Shown one piece after another: positions 55,469 to 64,000 of a stretch of 64,000 bases of DNA. Numbering within the stretch: position 1 is the stretch's first letter; each line of letters opens with the position of its first letter. The translations under genes and the position numbers were made by a program. The DNA comes from Marsupella aquatica (taxonomy: Eukaryota; Plantae; Marchantiophyta): assembly GCA_973895155.1 (NCBI GenBank), contig OZ316893.1, positions 27,228,210 to 27,292,209 on the forward strand, read 5' to 3'. The notes under the pieces were generated by a model. It was not told the origin of the DNA, searched no databases, and was given only the letters and a program-made list of their open reading frames with translations.

Positions 55469-58453
55469 TTAAACACTTCTGCAGACAGACCTCACAATTT
55501 TCGGCCTCGTTCCTAGCTTGAGGTCGGACAGAGTGTTCTTCCACAGTCGGGTGATATTAGCCTCCTCGTCTGGGAGCCAGTCAAGACTGAAATTTACGAT
55601 CTTCCAGGGACGACACGACTCCTGGCGATGGCTCTCAAAAACCGCACTGATCACGTACGAGGGGCTGATCCGGTGTCTGGTTGACTTCTGATACCAATCA
55701 CTGTACTGAGCGTTTAAGAATTTCTCCACTGGCTGATTACCGAATTCATTAGAAAGCAGCTTTTTCCTAAAACTTTCGTAAGTCGGCTCATCAGGCTGTA
55801 TGCTCATCACTTTTGTTGAGAATGTATCTGGTGGAAAAAGACTTGTTGCTGCTGCGAAGGGACGATAGTCCAACAACGAATTACAGTTGTCCACGAACAG
55901 GGAATTGGCGGCTACATAAACCAGCTTGTCAAAATCAGTCTGGTTCCATAAATGCAGCAGTGTGAAGCTCGCTTGAATGTCTTTTTGATTCACAACAATT
56001 GGTTCCACAATCCTGACTTCATCAAAGTAGGTGCTGTGCTCTCGATACTGGTCGATATCAAGTGTAGACAAAACTAATAGCAGGGTCTTAGGACGCGATT
56101 GAAACGAATGATGATAGTGAAATGATTCTGCCCACCCTGCCACGGAAAACTGAGGATGCTGACTATCATACAGAACGGTCACAAATGCTTGTCGAGCTTT
56201 AGACTTATCCAAAGCGACAGCAGTAGTGACCATCAGTGGTACCTGTGGCACTGGCGGCCAGTTCAAGTCTTCGATTTGATTCGAAGAGTTCACCCTGATC
56301 GGAGCCCAGTCAAGGACGTCTGCACTTTCCAATGCAGGAAGGGCACCCTTTTGAAGACGCTCAAAAAGCTCCAAACGAGCAGCAATCCAGACATTATTTT
56401 TCAGTAAAGAGTTCGATCGGAGGTGCTCAAACTTTAACTCTGCATTCCCGTAGCGAACCACCATAAGAGGACCCATATGCTCGTAACCACGGTTGACATC
56501 AAACCAGGAGGGAATTGTCAGCTCCTTTGAAAATACAGCAGGGAAGTTGTACCTTGCCGGAAGTCGATTCTCAGCTGGCATTTGGAACCACTCATCGAAG
56601 AACAAATTGAGCAGACACTCCCCACTGCTGTGTCGAGCACGAATTTGCTCAAGGGATTGCGACAAGCGAATGTATGTCTTGTTGGAGGGTTTTAGAACTA
56701 GCAATCCAGTACTGAATTTGTCCGGTATGAAAACTTGGGGTGCGGCAGCGGGCTCGGGGAGTTGGAAGAGATGATCAAGGTTCGCCAGAACGAGCGAATC
56801 CACTTCGAGATACACCACCTTGGCGTACTCCAAGAGGAGCCAAGCGCTCAGCTTGCCATGACTATTCCAGAGATCCCTTGCGTTACAGTTCACTTGCACT
56901 ACCTCGTCATAATGATCGTGCAAGACATGAGATTCAGAGACAGTTTTGCATGAGGAATCCAACAACAGAACTAGATCATGCGCTGTGCCAGAGCTCCGAA
57001 GCGACTGTGCCAGAAGAATTGAAGAGTTGATGGCCTGCTCGGAGGACAAGAACGTGGCGTATGCATACCGGTAAGCAAAGGAGACGATGTTCGCACCCAC
57101 CATGCGTGCGGCTTCACGCTTTGAGCTCACAGATTTATCGCAGTCGACTAAGTAACCAAATTTCTCGCACCGGATTTGATTTTCGAGGTTAGACGAAGCC
57201 TTCGAGTAGCTGTAGTGAAGCTTCATCCCATGCCAGAACTCCTCGAATGCTGTAATGCAATCCCCTCTGTCCTTGAGATGACTATTCTTCAAACTCAGTG
57301 CCGACTCTTGGAAGTGGTGCCGCACAGCAGAGTTACGCGGATCTCCCCAATCTCTGGCATTTCCTTCAACCAGCAAAGGTCCTTTGCCGCTGTGGCTTGA
57401 CGCAAGAAAATTCATCGCAATGTCCTCACAATTCATTCCTCCATCGACATACTCTTTCACCCCGGCCGGCATTTCACAAGTGTAGCGAAACAAATACTCT
57501 GTCGCCAAAATCATGAATTTTGTCAGCATGATCGAATAGCTCTGGTAGTGCCTGACGTACAGCCATGACTTTGACTCATGATCATAGAAGTGGGTTCTTG
57601 GGAAAAATCCCACAATACGACCCTCATCCTCTCGCCAAACGTCCATCGCAAACCCTAAGCTCTGCACGTCGACCGTAATGTCGTCGTCGCAAATCGCTAC
57701 CACTCTGGTTTCTATGTATTTCCTGGGCAGGAAACGATCGTTTAAGCTCGTGGACTGCTGCCTCACAAGGTAGATTGGAGCGCCAAAAGCGCTGAAGTTC
57801 CATCGCTCCAAAAAATCGTCAGGCGTTGAAGTGTTGCCCCACAGAATGTAGATGGAGTGCACGAACGAGAGAGCTGAAAACGTTTGCACGTTTGTCTGCA
57901 ACAAAGGCAGGCGGGACTCTGAAAATCCGTTCACAAGGATTGTAATTTGATTGGACCGCAGTTCCGATTCAGCTGGATATTTACTCCGATCACAAAGTTC
58001 GTCGTCATCATCCACCTTATTGTCGTCGTTTCCCGCCTCTCCTTTATCCTCTTCGTCTGCTGTGAATTCACGTAACGACAGTTCAAATGCTTTTGCAACT
58101 TCATCCTCTCTTGGGTCGCTTTGGCCTTGAACCAAAACCTCTTTCTCCAATTCTTTCCCTGCCGCTTCTTCTTGTGTATTCTTCAAATTGACACCCTTAA
58201 AGTCCTCGTGTGTTGACTCTTCTTCCCATGAGTGGATATTCTTCAGACTGCTGCGGTCAATGGCTTCATGGTAAATTGGGCGACTCAACGAGAGGACTCC
58301 GATAAGAAGTAGGAAAGCCGCTGCGAAAGCCCCCACCAGAACCTTGTGACGCGGTCTGGTCCTCGCCAACCTATTTTTAGGCAGCAAACCCCGTCTGGTA
58401 CTGTGAATATCACTGTGAATCAGCTTCCTTTCAAATCTCCCTACATTTCGCAT
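55469..58453 (-). CDS. Type II membrane glycosyltransferase: GT64 (At1g80290/C3-like) fused to two degenerate glycogenin-type GT8 domains; single exon, 994 aa
   Basis: N-terminal TM (VLVGAFAAAFLLLIGVLSL) and acidic stem. GT64 motifs QITILVNGFSESRLPLL, ILWGNTSTP, SLNDRFLPR, ICDDDI, YSIMLTKFM, NCEDIAMNF, RDWGDPRN. GT8 #1 YAYATFL..LAQSLR..KVVYLEVDSLVLANLDHLF..AAAPQVFIPDKFSTG..RLPARYN. GT8 #2 AFVTVL..LWNQTDFDKLVYVAANSL..FAAATSLFPPDTFST. Confidence 0.92.
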   Translation of the reverse strand: MRNVGRFERKLIHSDIHSTRRGLLPKNRLARTRPRHKVLVGAFAAAFLLLIGVLSLSRPIYHEAIDRSSLKNIHSWEEESTHEDFKGVNLKNTQEEAAGKELEKEVLVQGQSDPREDEVAKAFELSLREFTADEEDKGEAGNDDNKVDDDDELCDRSKYPAESELRSNQITILVNGFSESRLPLLQTNVQTFSALSFVHSIYILWGNTSTPDDFLERWNFSAFGAPIYLVRQQSTSLNDRFLPRKYIETRVVAICDDDITVDVQSLGFAMDVWREDEGRIVGFFPRTHFYDHESKSWLYVRHYQSYSIMLTKFMILATEYLFRYTCEMPAGVKEYVDGGMNCEDIAMNFLASSHSGKGPLLVEGNARDWGDPRNSAVRHHFQESALSLKNSHLKDRGDCITAFEEFWHGMKLHYSYSKASSNLENQIRCEKFGYLVDCDKSVSSKREAARMVGANIVSFAYRYAYATFLSSEQAINSSILLAQSLRSSGTAHDLVLLLDSSCKTVSESHVLHDHYDEVVQVNCNARDLWNSHGKLSAWLLLEYAKVVYLEVDSLVLANLDHLFQLPEPAAAPQVFIPDKFSTGLLVLKPSNKTYIRLSQSLEQIRARHSSGECLLNLFFDEWFQMPAENRLPARYNFPAVFSKELTIPSWFDVNRGYEHMGPLMVVRYGNAELKFEHLRSNSLLKNNVWIAARLELFERLQKGALPALESADVLDWAPIRVNSSNQIEDLNWPPVPQVPLMVTTAVALDKSKARQAFVTVLYDSQHPQFSVAGWAESFHYHHSFQSRPKTLLLVLSTLDIDQYREHSTYFDEVRIVEPIVVNQKDIQASFTLLHLWNQTDFDKLVYVAANSLFVDNCNSLLDYRPFAAATSLFPPDTFSTKVMSIQPDEPTYESFRKKLLSNEFGNQPVEKFLNAQYSDWYQKSTRHRISPSYVISAVFESHRQESCRPWKIVNFSLDWLPDEEANITRLWKNTLSDLKLGTRPKIVRSVCRSV

Positions 58454-60114
58454 TGTGCAGGCTCAAAGTACCGAGGTGAGTCGCTGGATTCTAAACTTTA
58501 GCAACTGGTTGAAGTACAGTACTTCAAATAGAGCCTGCTTCTCTACAATAAAAGAGAATGTCGTAATATCCGATATCACGAATTCCCATCAACATCGTGA
58601 GGGTAATGTTGTGTCACACTCGAGGCATATTGATCAGCTTTGCTTCCCGAAGACTAGAAAACGACAATAGTGACCATCCACTGGTCCAGGCCACATTTCT
58701 CAGAACCACAAATTGCCCCGGCGAATCCTCGAGGATGACTGCAAGAGGTCAATCAGCTGAGCAGAGAAACCAAAGGGCCTCTCAATCTCGCCACCTGAGA
58801 TGAATAAAAACCATCCTCGTCACGAAACCCACTGCGGGACCACATTCAGCTCGCTTCATGATCTCTGAGTCAGACCAGGAAATACAATAGGTGGCAAGTC
58901 TACAAAAATCAAACTGATGCATTCAACCAAAAGATCATTTCAAACCTATTGGCTCGTAGAGGGTTGTAAGCTCGCTCCCGGCTCACGTGTCTCGGAGAAG
59001 ACTACTAGCACAACGACAGACGGGCGAACTCCGATTTTCTAGGAAGGATCAAATTGGGTAACTACAGAGTATGTACAGTAGATGAATGCGGGAAGAACGC
59101 TGATGATGACTTTTAAGTGGAATAACCCCAAATTTGTAGGAAATGAATGACCCAGCGTTGCACATCTATCCTTGGGAGAATCGGATGCAGATGGTTTATC
59201 GTCTCCAATAAAAAATCCAACCATTTTTCCATGTCAACCCTCACCCGCTGGACAGAAGAATCCTCTGCGACGAAAGATCACTGGTTTACGTGAGCGAGAC
59301 AGAAATAGCTTTGTCAAATCACTCGTTACCCACATCCGCATGAGATCAGCCTCAGTTTCACTCGACAGCCCTTCACTTGCTGCTTGCTTGTTTGTTCTTG
59401 AGATATTGCCACGGCTACGTGAAAAGACCTGAATCAAGAACCTGTCCCGCTGCTTTGTCAACGCCAGCCAGCGACCACAAGCTTTCTCTGGTTCTGCCAT
59501 GTCTACGGTGGGAGGTGATCGAGGACCCAGTCTAGCAATCAATTCAGAGCTTACAAACCACGACAATTTCTGAAAGTAATGAATCGAAATGAGCACAGAG
59601 AGCGTGTTGTACGTTGTTCCGTAGAAAAAACGTGGTGCCCCACGACCGGCGAGAGAGCTACATTCCTTCAAATCGCGCTTCAAATCGAGTTACAGTGGAT
59701 CGTGTACAGTCTATCGTTCATGAGGAGAGGTGCCATTTTTTTGTGGGCGAAAATTAACCAATGATTTAATTACCAAAAAGAATGTTTAAGTATTTACGGA
59801 CCCCATGGGAAGTTACTTCCAAATCCCTGGCACCATGTTAAGCCACATCAGCAGAAATGGTCACAAACAAGAAAATCTAGATGTGAAAGAAGAACAAAAC
59901 CTGATGGTTCGTGTTTGTGACAAGGCAATAAAAAATTGTCAATCCCAGTAACTATAAAAATGATAAAAAACTGAAGAATAAAGATGAAACAAACAAAGAA
60001 TGAGGTAAAGAGTAATTAACATTTGGAAGTTCTAGAATTGATGTATCAGTGTTTTGCATTAAATGTTAGATTATTTTTTTTAATTTCCAAAGATTTAAAC
60101 AGACACGACTAGAG

Positions 60115-60342
60115 GAAGTAGAAACAAACTGGTGGACTTCCAAGGTTTTGTAATAAGTATTTGGTGAAGTAAAAACAAACTGTTGGGTTTCCAAAGTTTT
60201 ATAATAAATAGTTGATAAAGTAAAAACAAACTGTTGGGTTTCCAAATGGTAACCGCAGTTGTAGATGGTACGGTTTAGATGGCTTGAGATGACAAAGCTA
60301 ATGGCTTGATGACTTGAGATAACATGACAAAGCTAATGGCTA
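60115..60342. repeat. ~51-bp tandem x3 and a short duplication
   Basis: AAGTA(G/A)AAACAAACTG(G/T)TGG..TTCCAA at about 60116, 60167 and 60218. ATGACAAAGCTAATGGCT occurs twice near 60289-60342. Confidence 0.85.
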
Positions 60343-62664
60343 CCCTTATACTCTTAGATCTGGCAATTTACCCTCTCACCCAAGCCAGTTTTTGGTGAAT
60401 TTAGTAGGAATCTTAAATATCCCTCCTGTAAGTTACAAACAAATCCTGAATATATTATTTGGCAATTCCTCCTGTTAACAGATGGAGTAGGCAAATGTCT
60501 TGCAGGTCGGGAAACCCTTAAACCACAGCTGCAGATATACATACCCGTAACTCTCATTTCCACTATGAATCAAGGGATGGGCAAGAGTGTTCTTTCATTG
60601 ATCCAATTTGTTGAATGTATTCAAGTTTATCTGTCTCAGGGGATCCTCTAACTAATTTGTCACTGAAGATGTGTTCTAATTGACAATATTTACATACTGT
60701 TTTTTGTATTTAGAAATATGTCATTGTTTCGTATTTGTACCAACATAACCAAGGAACCATACACAAAAGCAGTGGCATAATTGTAATTACAATAAAAACA
60801 GTGACATTATTGTAAATTAAAACATCTTTTGTCACTATGTGCTTAAAGGCTGATGCCTAAAAAACAGTCAGGCTATGCTCAGGCTGAAAAATTTCTGTTT
60901 CATTCACTACCACCTAATGCACTATGGGGGAGTGTTAGCCATGAAATACTCCACAAAAGTCAGAAAGTAGTGTACAATTGAAATAAAATATTCCATACCT
61001 TGTCTGTATCATGGTAAAATAGTAACTTTGCTAATGTTGAAAAACAAGGGAAAAGTTGGCTAGTGTGCACTATGCTATAAGTGCATGGGATAAAATTTAT
61101 GCATGTATCCATATGTGCATGGTTGCACTATCCAATAGGGCTTCTCAACCGAGCTATCTCTGGAACATTGCCATGACTGGAATATTGTGGGGCTGGGTCA
61201 TGGACTAAAAATCTATGCTTCACACAAACACTAACTGGGGCAGTCAGTGCCCTGGCGTCTGCACTGGAAAAACACTGCGTGGAAATTCATCAGTGCCCAT
61301 CAAGGATCATCCTTGCCCATTCAAAAATTGACAATATACATTGAGTCAGGTGGTTGCTTGCTTGTCTCAATGAAAGCAAAAACCTTGTGGAGTAAGTTTG
61401 CCAGAACTTTGGATCTTTGGTGGGGGGGGGGGGGGGGGGCAGTAGTGGACATCTGACACTTAGCAGGACGGACAAGGTTCAATCTAGCTTCATCCCACAT
61501 CAAATTTCGTAAGTCTTTATCTTGTGCCAGTCTACTCTAGAGAGTCGAGCAAAATTTAACTAAGTTTTACCAACTTGTGTGCCTGACTACTTTAGAGAGT
61601 TCGTTGTTGAAATTCTTTTGCTGTAGGATTTTTGCAATTGGAGCTTGGACGAGCTTGCTGCAGATGATTTACCAGCCACATTGGGGGTTGTGTCGTCCAA
61701 GACTACTATGCCCATTCATTATGTCGGTTACTCGCAGGTATCGATCCACAATAAATTCCACCCAATCAATTGAGATATAGAAGCAATTATATCAGTCAGT
61801 TACTTGGGCAGCAAGATTTAATAATTACGGAATTCAATCACAATTCACAAAAAAGGGTGGGCAATCGATTACTCAGGGTAAATAAAACGGAGGGTGAGCC
61901 TATTGCTAAAGCACAGGTGGTTATACAAGGTAAATAAAATGGTTATTTTTTATTACTTTTTACGTCATCTTTTACGGCATGGCGTCCTCAATTCTACCAA
62001 AAATTTGCAGCAGACATGAAAGGTGACGTAATTTCATTGTGGAAACCAATCCGTTCCTGTTTGCAGCGTGCTGTGGAATTTTGGAAGGGACCTCTAGTGG
62101 GGTCTGTAATCATAGTTGAAGTATCAAATTTTCTGTTACCATACATAGAAATTATGGCCTATGGCTTATTCTACGGAGCAGGTCATGAACCATGGACTTT
62201 GGTGGAAATATATTGTATCAATAGATAGACCAATGAGATAAACTCTTACTTTTTGTGATACAACTTAATAAAATGTCACACCTCAGGAATTGAAAGTGAA
62301 AGAAATCTGGCCCGGTCTGATGCAAAAATGTGATGGCCCAAACTGGTGGGCTGGAAAACTATGTGAGACAGTTTGAGGAGATGGGAAGGAAATCAAATTC
62401 TCAACATGACCTGAAAAACGTTTTATGAGGCAAGATGCCCCGGGAAATGGTATTTTGTATCGAAACAGGCCCAGGAACAGGCCGAAAACACATGGTTAGG
62501 AAAGATATCAGCAAAACACCAAAGTAGGTTGAGAAAAGTTTTTGGCTGGGAAAATTTGGAAGCAAGTTAAATAACCTTCTACCACGAAAATAGCAAACCA
62601 AGTTACAACTACAATAATAAAACCTAGCTTGGACATCAAAAAGAGCAGACAGTCTAGTCTCGTC

Positions 62665-63008
62665 TGTTAGATATTGCTCTAGTCTTGTGACTCATGAGCT
62701 AACTACAGTTAGGCTAACTCGGGTTAAGACTTAGCTAAAGTTAGCGATAATGCTATTGTGTATATAGCCAGGGCTGATGCCAGACCCTGGTGGAACTTAG
62801 GCTCATTGTTACGGAGCTAGTTGAGAGATAGGGAGAGCTTGTGCTGTGGATGCTTGGTATGACCGGTCGGCCTAGAGTGCAGTAAAGCTCTTGTGTGTTC
62901 CCGTGGACGTAGCCTCATGTGGAGGTGAACCACGTATCTCTCTGTGTCGACTATTGTGCGTTGGATGGTTCATGGGCTTGCCGTTGCGAATGTCGTCTAT
63001 GCTCAACA
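62665..63008 (+). mobile_element. Solo LTR (344 bp), same family as 19020..19377
   Basis: TGTTAG...CAACA termini and 5-bp TSD TCGTC (62660-62664 and 63009-63013). Shares GGAACTTAGGCTCATTGTTA and CCCGTGGACGTAGCCTC..GGAGGTGAACCACGTATCTC. Confidence 0.92.
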
Positions 63009-63509
63009 TCGTCCAACGCACCCCAGCCTTCTGCATAGTTGACCATCTGCCCATAGGTGGTACATTGGACTGTACACATGACCATTGTATTGGGATGGAC
63101 TGTCTACATTACTACAATAGCTATGCACACTAGATTATACAAGTGTCAATCATCCTTAACGCCCTTCCGGATTTTTCTCTTTGTAAGTGTTAGTGCTTTT
63201 CTCGAGAAGAATGCTCAGTCCAGATTCAGATTGGCGGATTGTATGAAACTTATCCTGAAGCCTTGCTACAAGGGCATCACCAGCAAAAATTCCCTCAAAC
63301 TAGTGCTTAAGCTCTCATTTTTCCAGGGCATTAGGGCATCCCTAATACAGATGATGGCTTTTGGCCATAAACTAATGGCAATAGCTTTTTCACAGGGTTA
63401 TGTGAAAGTTGGTTTTTTTTCCACTAGCCTCAACAAAGACTTATGGTCACATATGACCAATCTTTATGGATCATGAAAAATTATGGATATAACTTTACTA
63501 TTAGATTAA

Positions 63510-64000
63510 GGTCCATCACATAGTGAGATTTGAGACCCCCTATTAACCCCACAATGCCCTGTGAACAATCATTACTATATCAACAAATGGTACTATATAC
63601 AAGAGCACCTTGTCGGGCATTATGTGGTCCATTAAACAATATTGAGGTTTGAGACCCCCTATTAACCCAACAATGGCCTGTGAACAATAGTTACTATATC
63701 AACAAAAGGTACTATATAAGAAAGCACCTTGTGGGGCATAATGAGATCCATCAAATATTGAGGTTTGAGACCCCCTATTAACCCCACAACGCCCTGTAAA
63801 CAATTTTACAATATCAACAAACTATACTACAAATGAAAGCGCAGGGCATTATGAGGTCCATCAAATATTGAGGTTTTTAAAACCCATATTAACCCTACAA
63901 TGCCCTATAAACAATCATCAGTACATGAACAAACTATACTACAAATGAAAGCGCGGGGCATTATGAGGTCCATCAAATATTAAGGTTTGAGACCCCCTAT
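63510..64000. repeat. Tandem satellite, ~110-120-bp unit, at least 4 copies, runs off the window end
   Basis: TGAGACCCCCTATTAACCC recurs near 63532, 63651, 63766, 63878 (diverged) and 63988. Confidence 0.93.

Noticed and set aside
61422-61439. Poly-G run as a functional G-quadruplex
   Set aside because: Isolated homopolymer with no linked feature, and homopolymer lengths are error-prone.
1-64000. tRNA, rRNA or snRNA genes
   Set aside because: No convincing tRNA A/B-box cloverleaf or rRNA/snRNA signature was recognised by eye. A covariance-model scan would be needed to exclude them.

Overview
Eukaryotic nuclear DNA from a photosynthetic land plant, most likely a non-seed plant such as a bryophyte. 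This is inferred from GT-AG introns, a transit-peptide-bearing plastid ribosomal protein S1 and a CRE-clade retroposon with an SxxDD-type RT motif. Five host genes are supported: an oxalate/formate-antiporter-type MFS transporter (2 exons, +), PUX2 (PUB+UBX, 3 exons, -), a TraB-family tail-anchored protein (9 exons, -), an intronless plastid ribosomal protein S1 (+), and a 994-aa single-exon glycosyltransferase (-). The rest is nested mobile DNA. It includes an intact CRE-clade RT+RLE non-LTR retrotransposon head-to-head with a near-identical 5' end, an older truncated relative, three Helitron 3' ends, three related LTRs (two solo LTRs with 5-bp TSDs), L1 fragments (one with a 16-bp TSD), a TIR element carrying a decayed Myb/SANT-like ORF, a decayed gypsy-type extra ORF and several minisatellites. 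The most interesting candidates are (1) a GT64 domain with intact motifs fused to two tandem glycogenin-type GT8 domains that have both lost their catalytic motifs, (2) the young CRE retroposon pair, apparently inserted at a Helitron 5' terminus and ending in a T-run, and (3) the MFS gene as a possible horizontal acquisition from fungi or oomycetes. All family assignments come from motif recognition by eye; no searches were run.
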